In this document: positions 37,661 through 51,657 of the stretch, piece after piece
Layout: each line of letters begins with the position of its first letter
How positions within the stretch are numbered: position 1 is the first letter of the stretch
From: Geosiphon pyriformis uo1
Taxonomy: Eukaryota > Fungi > Glomeromycota
Reading direction: 5' to 3'
NCBI GenBank assembly: GCA_016748015.1
Contig: JAAOMT010000435.1
Location: forward strand, 124,001-188,000
DNA: 64,000 bases
The notes under the pieces: model-generated
The model's database searches: none
Told to the model about the DNA's origin: nothing
The model's input: the letters and a program-made list of their open reading frames with translations, nothing else
Program-made: the position numbers and the translations under genes

Positions 37661-38678
37661 TATTATCCAAATAGAAAAACCAATCCAAAGTTATGAAAAA
37701 TGTGACCAAAACATGACATAATACAGAATAGTGTACAATAATATTGGATAATATATTATAACTTAAGATAATACAGGATAATACATTATAATATAGGATA
37801 ACACAGAATAATATGTAATAACACCAGATAATATATTATAATATAGTATAACTAATAATAATGTAAAAAAACAAAGTGATAACAAAAATAGTGAAGCAAT
37901 AGCTAGCAAGAACAAAACAATTAGAAGCAATCCTGTAGAACAAAAAAAATATATAAAAACAAGTAACTGTAAAAGTTAGAAAGACATCCAGAAAGAAAAT
38001 TAAACTTTAGTTAATTAGACTCTTAAAGTCAATTAGATTTACAGATCATAATTATTAAATACTCCTTCTTTCAAGAATAGTTGCTATCAATTAAAATGGA
38101 ATTATATCAATAAAATATCTCTTCAATTCTTCAAATCTATGTTATTATTTACTATTTAATCTGCTGGCACAATAACTCTTGATCACAGTTATTGACAGGA
38201 TACTTATTTCTTATTTTATTTTTTTTATTTTTTTATTTTTTTATTTTCTTTTATTTTCTTTTATTATCTTTATTTTTTCTTGTGGAGCAGCAACATAGGA
38301 AAATCAACTGTCTGAGAATAGACTTCATAATAGTCTAGTAAAAAAAAGAAAGCTCCTCTTAGAATTGGATATTAACATTATCTTGGTAGCTTACCAGAAG
38401 GGTGAAAAAACAACACCAAACCCTAACAACTGTATTTGTTAGCTCAGAAAAGATAGCTCACATTTATAAAAAGTTGTAATTAGCAAAAGCCAAACCTCTG
38501 TACCTTATAACTAAAAAACTTTATGGGTAAATTTATAACAATCAAACAGACTTTCAGAGACTGATAACACTGATACACCAAACAAGCCTACTAAAAAAAA
38601 ATCATTAAAAGCTTCCTAAAAACCCAAATCTTGAGCACTAAATATTATTACCATATACTACTAAGTTTATATGTAACA
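37661..38678 (+). mobile_element. Solo LTR, family C-like, nested in element A
   Basis: Start TATTATCCAA (decayed TGTTACCCGA), end GTAACA. Similar to the reverse complement of 24908-25779. TSD ATAA/ATGA. The flanking AAC/GAC-rich sequence resumes after it. Confidence 0.8.
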
Positions 38679-41600
38679 ATGACAACAAATTCAAACTTTG
38701 TTAATGACAACAATAATTCAAACTCCACCAAACAACAATTTAAACTCTGCTTCAAATACTGAACAACATATTACATTTCTAAATCTTATAATGGAGCAGA
38801 AATTAACTCAATTCAGTAATAATAATGAGAGCATTATGTTTAAACATATATAATACAGATACAAGATTTAAACTTAAATATTCTGAACAAATCACTATAG
38901 TTAAAAATTCCAGTTACATATAAAATTAGATTTAAAAATAGCAATAGAAATTACAGCAACAACATTGATACAAAAGAAAAATTTGGAAGATTTTGCAAAA
39001 GCTCAATATTAAAGGAGAAAATAATGTTACTCATAGAAATTAGGAGTATTATAGTTAAAGAAATAGTCAATTAGAAGTAAGCATAATAATAAAAAAATTC
39101 CAGGATTCTTCTTAAAGGAATTACAGAATTCCAGAATTACAGAATTTTTATATAAAGAATTACAAGATTTCAAGAATTCCAGAATTCCTGATTAGAGAAT
39201 TGAGAAATTCAAGGAATCTCATATAACATAAATTATATATATAGTGAAAGTATTAAAAGCAGAAAAAGCAATTCCAAAAGAATTCAAAAATTTCTGGAGA
39301 ATTCAATAGAATTTATATTAATTTAGAAGAATACCCTTTTTTCAAAAGATAGTTTTCTATGACTTAAAGTGAAATTATTCTTATATTAATAAAATTATTC
39401 ATTATCATTAAATTTATGTTATTATTAATTGATTAAGAATATTAATTATTTTCATCATTATTAACACCCCATGTTAATAAAATCTAATACTTAACTATAC
39501 TAGACCAATAGCTCTTGATTATGACTATTGATAAAATACTAACTTTTCTTTTTTTATTTTTTTCTATTTTCTTTTTTTCTTTTGTTGTTTGTTTACTAAA
39601 TTGATTAAAAAAAATTAATGTGCAAAGTACTGACATCAGGATATAGCATTAGTAAAAAACTCAGAAATAAGAATAGACACTCAAAATTGAGGATAGCTTA
39701 TTAAGAGATTGTTGCCCACTAAGCCAAAAAAAAAATTAACAGAATTGTAATTCTAAAAGACTATTGAAAACAACTATTGAATCTCTGTTCATTATACAAA
39801 GTACTCAATTAAAACCTTCTAATTATCAAAATCTTCTGATATTACCATTAATATCAGTTATTAAGCACCAAGTTACAGATTTGTTATTTGTTTCCAAACC
39901 TTAAATATTATCTGTAATACCATATTAATAACTACAGTATTCATTTCAACTATCTCTAACTTATTATTAATTTTTAATGACACTAATGATATTTTTATAT
40001 CAAATATTATCCTATAACAATTTCAGACTCCAAGTTATTGATTATAATTAAGATTAGATACAACCTATTAATAGACTATTCAGATCAGTAAATTGTAACA
40101 ACATATTATCTTGAGTAGCACAAACTAAATATTCAAACCAGATCTTATACTTGGTTTTATAAAAACTCCAAATTTTGGTAATATTATATCTTTAAAAAAG
40201 AAAGATATAGTTAAAATCACCAATTTTTCTTTTTAAAAACCCAATTAAACTGCTAAAACGATTTTTTCTGCCATAATCACTAAGAATAATACTCTGGTTA
40301 CCATATTTTTATTTAACATTAACAGTCTAAACACCATTGATTTTTTAGTGGAACTGTTATTAATTAAGATAAGCCAATTACAGCAATATATACTAATGCC
40401 AAAATAAAACAATTTGATATTAAATTAATATTTGACAGTAGATCTATAGGCATTATAATCATGAAACAATTTATGAATCAATTAAATTATCAAGTAGATT
40501 ATACAGTCACTACTCAGATAATTATCATGAATAAAAATATTAAAACCCCAATAAAAAATTGATAATTTTTTCTTTAAAATTAGTGGTATCCAAATTTTAA
40601 TAAAAATACTTGTTATAAAAACCACTTAATATTAAGCTCTAGTCAAAAACAATTGGCTATTTAAAACCAATATTATACTAAACTAAAACACACAAAAACT
40701 TTAGATTATTTTTAATGAACAATATGTTTAAGTATTTGCTATATACAAACATTTTAAAATTCAGATTTCAGATTAACTGCTAATTAAGTTTAAAAAAATA
40801 GTTCTACAGCTAATATTGAAAACTTACCAAGTATCTTGAACTAATAATTTCAAGACAAAACTACCACCATCTTTTACATAAAAAAAAAGGAACCAGTTAA
40901 CAGTTGATATGTTTTATATACAAAACCAAAACCAAAGAAACAAGCATTCTATATCTTATTTAAATACAAAAATTATAATAAAAGACTTTTATTTATGAAA
41001 GCTTATATATTATCTAAGAAAGAATATAAAATATGCACCTGTTACTACTATAAAACTTAACATCAAAAACAATTTAAAAGACCCAAATAACAAAAAAAAT
41101 AGGACAACAAATTTTGTTTTGTGTGTAAATAAACTTTTTTTAATAAAAAAATATAAAATGACATTTCTGGTCAAAATAAAATGTGTTACAAATTATGTTA
41201 ATATATTATTTTTATTAGTAATTGGATAAACAAAAAAATGTTCATAGATATTACATGATAAAAAGTTCTTTTGTAATTGAATAGTTATCTACATAATGAA
41301 AATAAAATTTGAAGAATAGTAAGTGTTAAAGTTAAAAACATAACACTAAACAAAATTTTAGAAATAAAAAGCAACTCACTAAAACTTATTGAGATGCAAT
41401 ATATTTTTAAACTTAACAGCTTTGGTTTTAATATAAATAATCCAAAACAATTTTATGAACATTATTAAGAGCTTGTTTTTACTTAAAAAAACAGAAATAA
41501 AAATTAGCTGATCTTAATACAAAACTGTATAATTATTGTTTGATCTCTTGTTACTTCTAATATTATAATAAATGTAATTTATTAATTAACTTATTTTTAA

Positions 41601-43770
41601 GAACATTATATCTCATTTCTGAACTAACAGAACCTGAAAAAAAACATAAATTCACAACTAAAAACATGTCATTTTAAGAGCTAAATAAAACTATTAAAAT
41701 AGAATAATATTTTACCTATTTTAATTTTACCAAAAAGTTAGAATTAAAATAGTATAGTAACAACAACAAAAGAATATACTCTAAAAAAGCATACATAAAA
41801 GATGCTGAATTCGATTTAAAATACTCTAACCAAATTTTTATAGTTATAATCCCATATTCTCTTATGAAAATAAATATAAAAATAACTTTAAATATTTTAT
41901 AAGTATTATAGTCTAAGTTGCATTTTGGTTTAATCTTATAAAAAAAATTAATGTAAAAGAAAAAATTATTAATACAAGATATACAGAAAATATTATTGTA
42001 ATACTATAGAACAATTTTAATAAATTTTATATGATTAAATTACAAGAAAAAATTGCTTAAGCTATTTTTTTGCTTTTTATAAAAATACCACAATTAATTT
42101 TAGTTGCTACACATAAAAAATTAAGTCTTATTACTTAAAAAATCAAAAAGTTTAGATCAAGTAAAAAAAGAAATATACCAATTAATTTCATAGAAGATAA
42201 CTGTAATAAGATAGAACTTATTTACACTAATACTATTATTTCTATTCTTTTGTTTTAACAGTACATTCTAAAAGTAAATTAAAAAATTTAAGATTAAGTC
42301 CTATTGTTTAAAACTAATCCAGAAATCTGTTTTCTAACCAATATTGCCATCTATATATATTTTTCAAAGTTTATAAACACTTTAAAATTTCTATCTACAA
42401 TTCTATAGAAAATACTATTAAGGTTTTCAAAAGAATTTTTATTGGTTCTATTTTTTTAGACATTTAAAATTCTAAAAAACTTTAATTTATCTCTGATTTT
42501 ACACAACTATTTTTATATTGTGATATTATCTTGCAAATATAAAATTTGCCAAAAAAAAACTACCTGTTTATATCAGAAGAGATTGTTAAATTAAACCTAA
42601 AAAATTTAAGTACACTATAATAGATACAACTTAAAATTTTCTTAAACCAATATACCAATATTTTTGTTAACAAAAACAAATTTAAACACACTAATATTAT
42701 AAAGCATTAGATCAACATAAAAGATATTTAACCTATTAAACAATGGGTTTACCAAGTAATTCTAGTAAGTAACAATCTAATTAAACAAGAGGTATAACAA
42801 ATACTAAATAATAGATTAATTAAAGAGTTATTAAGTTCTTGGTCTTTTTTAGTTGTATTGGTTACCAAAAAAATAAAAAAATACATTTTTGTATAAACTA
42901 TTGAAAGCTTAACAACATTACTCAAGAGAACAGTTACTCAACTTTTTTTATTCAGAAAATTCTGAATAATCTAGGAAATAAGAAATAATTTTCTTTTTTA
43001 GACTTAGCCAGTAAATATTGGCAAGTTAAAATAAACTCTAAAAATAAAAAAAACAGTATTTACTACATAAAACAAAAATTTCGAAATTAATGTAATGTTT
43101 TTGAACTCTATAATACTTCTGCTATCTTTTAGCATCTTATGAATATTATATATAAAGAAATTTTTTGTACAATATCAATGTATTTTCTGAAACCTTTAAT
43201 AATTATTTGCTTTATTTCTAAAAAGTTTTTAATTATTTTTGAAATGTCAAACTAAAACTTAATCTGGATAAATACTTCTTTAAAAAGACCAAACTAAAAT
43301 TTTTGAGACATGTAATAAATAAAGACAAAGTAAAACCAAATTCTAACAAGATTTAAAAGGTCAAAAATTTTCTGGTTTTAACCAACTTATAAGAACTAAA
43401 AATTTTTTTAAGACTAACTGAATACTACTATAGATTTGTTAAAAACTTCTTTGATATTACAAAACTACTTTATTATTTATTATTAAAACATGTTTTATAT
43501 CTATAAAAGAAAAAACAATAAAAAACTTTTAATTATCTCAAACAATACCTAATAGAAACACCAATATTGATTTATTCAGACTTCAATAAATGCTTTATAG
43601 TCATTATAAATGTCTTAAAGAATACACTAAGAGCTGTTTTATTACAAATTAGACCAAACAATCGAAATATCTAATTGTTTATGTTAGTTATAGTACCAAT
43701 ACAGCAAAAAAAATATACAACATGACAAATTTGAAATATTATGTCATTTATTGAGCAGTACAAACATTCT

Positions 43771-45450
43771 GAGCATAAAATTGTATTATAACTCTGTATA
43801 TTCTTTGAAAAAATTTGGCATAGCTTTTGAAAAGCAGTTGTTAGACAAAAGAGATATGATTTTTAATTAAAAAACTTTTTATTAGTAAAAAAAACTTAAC
43901 TTTAAAAATTTAATGTCTTACTAATTTGTTAATATTATTTAGTTTTTATATAAAAAGCAAACTTATAATGTTGTTTATTATTATAATTTAAACAGTAATT
44001 AAATAAATATATTAAGGTCTAATAGTATATTAATGCTTAAGAAAAACTTAATAAATATTTAACTATTAGTAATTAATATATTTATAAATGGCTTTTTAAA
44101 AAAATTAAGATCTTATAGTATTATAAATAGAGCTACTATATATTTTATAAATTTGGATTTAAATATAAACATTTAAGTTTTAGAATTAGTATTATTAATA
44201 TTAGTGAATTTTAGATAATTGGTTTAGTTTTTAAATATATTTTTTTTCTTAATATAATTACTATTTATTTAAATAACTAAATTATTATTAATGCTTATAT
44301 TTTAGAACTTAATTTAAGCAAACCTAATTTTTGCAATAAGTATTGGATTAAAAAAAAACAAATTTTCAATTTAGTTTAAAATAAGAACATTTTTATAATA
44401 TAATTAAAGATTAAAAAATGTTTAAGTATAATTAACAATAAAATTACTAATAAGTAACTAATATTGTTTTTTCATTTTTTTTTAGTAATAATTAAAAAAT
44501 ATTATTTTTAAGTTAAAAATATGACTGTATTAGACAATATTTATTATCTTATTTATTAAATCTACAGTTTAATAGACAATACAGAATAAAAATTTGAGTT
44601 TTAATATTAATGTTATTTTTTAAGACATAATTAAAATATTAATTAATATTGTACTTTAAAGATATGGCAATTAGATTTAAATATATGCTCAAACTTTATA
44701 AGTAGACATGCTATTAAATTTTATATATATATTATAAAAGCTGTTTACAAAAAACTTTTAATTATTGTTTATAAATAACTATATAATAAACATTACTTAA
44801 AAGTAATTTGTTTTTATTGTAATGAATTCAAAGTCTTAAACCATGTTTTTACATGTATTTTTAATGCAAAAATTTGCTTTAAATTATTAAATAAGATTTT
44901 AAGCTTGTAGATTTCTTAGTTAAGTTCTATTTTTCTTTTTTAACAGTATATTTTAAAATGTCTAATATTATATAGTTCTGTATAAAAATATAGCTTTTAA
45001 TAATTAATATATAAAAACTTTAAATATGCTTAAAAAAACTGTTTTAATAAGAGATTTTATTGTTTTTATAATTTAATATTTAGTGAAAAATTATAAAAAT
45101 AAAATTTAGTTATATAGATTTAAGTATAAAATAACAATAAAAAAGCATGATTTACTTTGTAATAATTTAAGAATTTTTTATAACTTGTATAAATTGGCTG
45201 AGTTTCTGTTAAATAATGTAATTTAACTATTAGATATTAACAATACTATTATTATTAGCTAAAATTTATATAGTTAGTGTGTATTTTTTTTGGTTTGTTT
45301 AATAATATTAATATTATTATAAGTAAATAGTGTTGTTTTGACTAGTTCAAATAACTAGTTATATATAAAAAATATATAAGTTATATTAACTATAAACTTT
45401 TAATTTGTTTATATATATTAAATATTAATTAAACTATATTTATAAAATAA
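43771..45450 (+). mobile_element. Highly decayed LINE ORF2 3' part (RNase H region) and 3' UTR
   Basis: 44080-44240 is colinear with 15415-15590. 45330-45400 is a C>T/G>A-decayed copy of the UTR at 26555-26620. Boundaries are approximate. Confidence 0.6.
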
Positions 45451-46892
45451 CAAATTCTAATATAAACTATTTAAATTTTTGTAGATTTATTAAAAATTTA
45501 AATAAAAACTATTTATTTAAAAATTTTTTAACAATTAATAATTAATTTCCAAATTTAATCATTAGAATTAATAGTTTTTTTAAAAAACAAAATAAAAAAA
45601 AATAATTTCGTTTTTATTTTATTAGTTTAATATTTGGAATTAAATAATTTAATATTATTATTGAATAAAATTAGTAATTAATTAAAATCTAATATTAATT
45701 ATGTGCTAATTTAAATTAACTTTAACAAATATATTGTTATTGTTATTATTTAAAATAAACAAAATTATTGTTTATAGTTAAATTAAAATTAAATATTATA
45801 ATTAATATAATTGTAATATTTGTAAAAAAAAAGTTGTTTTTAACTTTTTTGGTTAATTAAATAAAAATAAAAAAATTTGGTAAAAAACAATAATTTAACT
45901 ATAAATTTAAATTTAAAAATATTAGATCTTTTTATAACAATAATAACAATTTTATAATTAATCTTAATTAATTATTAATAAAATACTTTAAATAAAAAAA
46001 ACTCTTAAAACCAAAAAAGAGGTTTTTTTAACAATTAAAAACTGTTTTTTGTTTTTATTACTTAAAAAACTATAAGAAAAATATATTTTGCATCTTTTTT
46101 ACTCTTTATTCTGATTGTAATTATAAATATATAAAAGAAAAAAAATAAATTTTATAATTTTTTTATTGTTTAATTTTTAAAATATTATATTTATTTTATA
46201 AATATTTAAAATATGATTTTTAATTTAGTTGAATTTTTTTAAATTTGTTATTTTTATAATATTTTAATATACAAAGTTTTTAAACAAAATTATTATAAAA
46301 ATTAAACTAAAAATATCATAATAAATTAACATAATAATAAATACATTTATTAAAACTTAAAACTTGGTAACATTGTTAAAAATTTAATTCAAAAAAATTT
46401 ATTTAACAATAAATAAATAGTTATTTGATTATTAATTTTGTTTACATCATATTTTTACAGTTACATTATTATATATATTATTATATAAAAATAAATTCTA
46501 TATAATTACATTTTTATACAATTTCAAAGTTTAAAAGTTCTTAATTGTGTAATTATATAAAATAACTGTATACTTAATTTACCATAATTTTTTAGTTTAT
46601 TTTTTACAATTCTTTCAATATATAAATTTTTAATCTTTTTAATCAAAATAAATTAAGATTTCATTTATAAAAATAGCATTTTAACAAATTAAAATTTTGT
46701 GATTTATTCACATAAAAGTAGATTATTTTATAAATTATTTTTGTTAATTGTAAAGGATAAAAAAACAAATAAGAAATATTATTTTTAAATTATATTTATC
46801 GTTAATGATTCAAAAATAAAAGAAACTACTTAATAAACAGTTTAAGGTTGTATTTTTTGACAATTTGATGTCCAAGATCCTTTTGCCCAAAT

Positions 46893-48157
46893 TTAAGAAA
46901 TAGTAACAACCAATTTCTTTCCACTAACACCCGCTTCACTTCTCTTTAAAGCTTCCAAAATTCCTTCTTCTAATCCACCATCAACTATTTGGATAATGTT
47001 GTTTTTCACTTTGCCTGTATCAATCAAGCCCTGAAGCTCTTCTTTCAAGCCTGTAATTACCTTAAATTTTTCTGGATCATTATAAACAGTTCCCAGCGCA
47101 ACACGCAAGACTTCAACATGATCTTTTTTCGAAGTTGGAGCAGCAGCGATCCAGGCTAATTTACCACCAGATGATAACAAATCCAATCCAATATTTGCTG
47201 TTTGAGAGGATACAGTGTCTACCACGTATTTAAGATTGTAATTCGTGATAGCATTGATTTGGCCAATGACATCATGACCATTGTAATCAATTAGGTAATC
47301 GGCACCTAGGTTTCTTATATACTCGTGATTACGTGGGGAAGCGGTAGCGATTACGGTCAAGCCGGAAAGTTTAGCTAGTTGAATTGCGTAGGCTCCAACA
47401 GAAGTTGCTCCACCCCACACCTGTTAAAGATTATCATCATTTGCATTTGGGTAAATTGAAAAAGATTGAATTAAAAGATTTCAACACTTACAAGAATAAA
47501 TTCAGGATGGGAAAATTTGTGCTGTTTTGAGGGTAATGGCAAATTCAAAGCATCATATAATACAAATCCAGCTGTTAAAATGCCAACTGAAAAAGAGGCA
47601 GCCTCTTCAAATGTAATATTTGATGGTTTCTATAAAACAAAATGGAATGGAATCCAATTAAAAAGGAGCAGAAACTTTCAAATTTTTTTTTTGAAAAATA
47701 CCTTAAAAGTCAAACCCTCATGAAAGAGTGTGTATTCCGAGAAAGCACCATACCCATTTTGAGCTCCTAGACGAGGAAATGTGAATACTTCATCACCCGG
47801 TTTAAATTTCGTCACGTTTTCTCCTACGGATTCAACTATTCCCGAGACATCACATCCGAGAACAATCGGGTACCCTTCAATTGCGATATTATATTTCGCT
47901 TGTTTCCTATGATTAAAGAATGGTTAAGAGAAAAGGGTTAATTTTACAGTATTTTGAAGAAATTATATGATTAAGTTCATCGAAAATTGGGATAAATTCA
48001 AAATCTCGTCAATGGTTTACCAGTCAATAGGATTAATAGCAACGGCTTTATTCTTGACAAGTAACTCATGTTGTTTAGGTTTCGGTTTCTCAATACGATC
48101 TAATTTAAATTCCCCAAATTCCTTATGCAACACTAGAGCTTTTATTTCTTGTGCCAT
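46893..48157 (-). CDS. MDR-superfamily oxidoreductase (zinc-type alcohol dehydrogenase-like / trans-enoyl reductase-like), 4 exons, ~335 aa
   Basis: Exons 48157-48021, 47906-47702, 47629-47492 and 47420-46893 join in frame (1008 nt, GT-AG introns). Motifs AINPIDWKQ, VLGCDVSGIVESVG, FKPGDEV, GAFSEY, ILVWGGATSVGAYAIQLA, GVSGKKLVV. Confidence 0.93.
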
Positions 48158-48675
48158 CTTGTTTATTAAAATTCTTATTTTAGTGAAAGATTAAAAGGTA
48201 GGAACTCTAAAAATGCCTTTGGAGATTTTCCGAATTCTTCCATTTATTTATGTGATCCTATCTAATGTGACGTACATCGAATGTATTAAGGTAATAATCT
48301 GATCAATATCCATCGCAAATATTATACTTTCATCTTCGATTCGATTTATGATTATTTTGGTTTCTTTAACAGAATTCTTTATAATAATACAAAGATCAAT
48401 CAGAAAGTTTTTGGAGCTGCAATGTGCATGATATAATTATGAAAGTCATGGGAATTTTGAAGATGGGAGGTGCGATCAATTACTAAATAAATTTTCCATT
48501 GGGAATTCGAAATTTCTCGAAACATATTATGCTTATTAATTAAAAACCCTCATATGGTACCCTTTGATAACGATATTGAACAATTTAGCTTTTTAATAAT
48601 CTTTTGATTAATCTGAGAATCTAGATTAAAAGATGTACAAAACAAAAATTCGTGTAATTGGTAACAAAAAATACC

Positions 48676-48811
<136 letters not shown>

Positions 48812-49139
48812 CATAACAATAATAACAATAATATTATTAATAATAATAATTTTTGTAAATGGATTTTTTAATTTTAAATATTATTTTTCTTGTTAATTAT
48901 TTTCAGTTCGTTTGAATAATAGCATTTACTTTTAAAAAAAATTGTAATTTACATACATAGGAATAAAATAAAACATTTAAAAGATAAAATATTTTAATTC
49001 AATTTGAATTGAAAATCTATGATGTATCAAATCTTATCTTTAAATTATATTTGAATTATAAAAAATATGTTTATTCTTTGGTATATACCACAAGTATGTA
49101 TATCTAAAAAAAAAAGTAGCATTTTTTAAAAAATTAAAA

Positions 49140-51150
49140 AATTTCTGGAAGATGAACTGAATAAAGGCTGGTGTTTGGAATTCAGGCCGGTCACTTGGTC
49201 GCGAGATCAAGCTGTAATGCTAGCTAGTCCCAGACTGTTAATAGCTGTCCCCAACCATAAAAGTATTTAAATTGTTGGATGAAACAAAGAGATTTGTTAT
49301 AAAAACACCTTTAAACTAATAACAGATAAATTAGGTATCATGAAGATGCTATGGTGACGGCATTTCAAAAACGAAAGATAACAACCTGATTTCTCCTGAA
49401 AAAATGTCTTCTTGGAATTCACATTATCAAGAGAAAATTGATTCTGGGATTTCAATATTAGTGGGTTCCAGGTTATGTAAGATTTTTGGTGCAGAATGCA
49501 AAATTTTTTCTATTGTCCCAAGATAATTTGAATGCATCTATATTTGAAACTGGGCTAAAAATTCAAAATCAGTCATGAGTTATTGCCAATTCAAGCGAAA
49601 TTTCTTCTAAAATTGGCGTCTCGGAATATGTCAACTTTACAATAGGATTTTGTATATATATTTAAAATGATTCATTTTGATCAATAGGTGGTAATCCTAA
49701 TTTTTCCAAGTCCAACTTACTTGAGAATCTATCAATCAATAAAGAATCAAAATTATGCCTTTAATTTCATTACTTTGCTTTATATTCTAGTGACGAGCAA
49801 AAAATCTATTTTAATTAATCTAAAATGGCTTTTACACGAACTTTAATAAACCAAAGACCAAATTATATGTTGAAAGAAATTCCAAAATGAAAAAATTTAG
49901 TCACCTGCTAAATACTGTTCTAATCGAATATTTACCCATCTCAGAAACTGAATCCCCTCCCCCTGTTAACCTAAAGGAGATAAATGAGAATCTTAGGGCC
50001 CTTGAGCAGGCGCCAAATGGTTCAAAAAATCACAAGGATTGGCGTAGGGAATGTTCTAACTTTGAATCAATCCAATTGGCTAAATAAATAAAGAAGAAAA
50101 TTTTTATTAGAGATAAAGAGTCGACATGAAAGAAAGTTTTGAAAAAATTCTAAAGACAATAAATGCCCAATTATTAATTTCTTCATAATTCGAAAGGGAA
50201 AATGGTAAGGAGATGCCATCTTCTCAAGAGCTAATTGCTTGGGTTATCTCTTTCACTCTGTGGTTCCACCTTATCTGCTTTATTAATTAGTTGATGTCTA
50301 TGGCAGAAATTCGTGAGCGATGAGGAGTCGCGAGCACTCAGTTATGTCATTCCGTGGCATGTTGGAATCCCTTATACCTCATCCACCCATCAGGAATTGC
50401 CGTTTATTCAGGAGATGTGGGATTTTCCGAGATCGGAGCGGCAATATTTGATGGTAGGCGACTTTGGAATTTGCTGTCATTGCGAATATTTAATGTCACA
50501 TCTACTAGACATTCAATCTCCTTTTTTATAGAATTGCTGGAAGTCTCATATGAAGAACTTTGAACACTCTCTCCACAGGAAAATGTTGAGAGCTTGGAGG
50601 GTTGCCCAGTCCTTGATTAACAATGGATTAAGGGGTGATAAGGCCAAATTCAAGGAGTTAAATTGTGGGTATAATTTATTGTAAGTATTCTTGTGATTAT
50701 TTAATAAGTTGGCCCCTAAACTTTTTCTTAAATTATCATTTTTTAGATACCTCAATTTTGAGGCTAATGATGAGTTAAACCTCTACAAATTTACAACTCA
50801 TCAAAACTCCTAGAGCATTGTTCCGATGTTCAATACCATTCTGTTTCACACAGATGGGAAAGGCTTTTGGTAAATATCTGGTTTTAAAAAAATTTTGAAA
50901 TATTTTTCAAATTCTTTCTATTACTAAATACAGAGCTTAAAGCCAGAGAAGGAGTGAAAGTTGGGGCCTTGTAGATTTTCAAGGCTCATGATAATTTCAA
51001 AGCCCTTGTTGGTAAAGGGATAAGCGAGAGGATCCTACTAGGAGAAAACAGGTGGAAGATTTGAAAAAGCTCTTCAATCTTTTCGTGCTTTAGATCCTAG
51101 GATCCAGAAACGTCGTCCAAGCTGAGGATTTTTGGACTTGAAGGGTTTAG
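49140..51150 (+). pseudogene. Possible disrupted coding region of unknown family
   Basis: Higher GC with CpGs and several short + ORFs (49887-50087, 50313-50531) that I cannot join. No recognisable motif. Confidence 0.25.
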
Positions 51151-51595
51151 TAAATAATTGATTTTTTAACGATTAGTAGACAGTAGTGTTAGTGAGAAGC
51201 GTGAATGTAAAAATAGAGGATTTTATTCTTTCAAAATTTCCTTTATCGAATAAAATTCTCTTATTCCCTAAATTTTGAATGTAAAAATCTTGATCCATCA
51301 AAAATTTCGTGTATAATTCAGATTTTTAAATCTGATAAGGGAAAAATTATGATTGAACTTGATAATAATAACAATAATTTGCTGCATAATTCGATATTAA
51401 AAATTTTAAGCGCAGTAGAAATCTTGTAAAATAGTTTAGTTTTAAAAATAGTCAAATATTGCGATTAAAACCGTTAACCCCATTTGACATACGAGTCCAA
51501 TTATATGATGAACTTCTAATTTTCCATCTTCCACATATTTAGAAACATTTAAATCATAAAAGAGTCTTAACCAATCTTTGACAAAGGATATATAG

Positions 51596-51599
<4 letters not shown>

Positions 51600-51657
<58 letters not shown>
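51600..51657. repeat. (TAA)n microsatellite, ~19 units
   Basis: Seen directly. Confidence 0.9.

Larger units (their letters stand above)
35746..39919 (+). mobile_element. Short non-autonomous LTR element, family A
   Basis: LTRs 35746-36668 and 39025-39919. PBS TTTGGTGCTCCTTG at 36669 and PPT 39011-39024. TSD TTAT/CCAT (differing by C>T). The interior has only an 87-bp tandem array, an Asn/Asp-rich linker and the first half of the dUTPase. Confidence 0.85.
30850..43770 (+). mobile_element. Older family C-like Gypsy copy (5' LTR 30850-31741, gag, PR, Cys-rich, dUTPase, RT, partial RNase H); 3'-truncated and carrying nested insertions
   Basis: The LTR, the decayed PBS (TTTAGTGCTTTTTGTGAA) and the internal sequence are colinear with the reverse complement of 25779-19250. 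Interrupted by element A, resuming at 39920. Confidence 0.85.
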
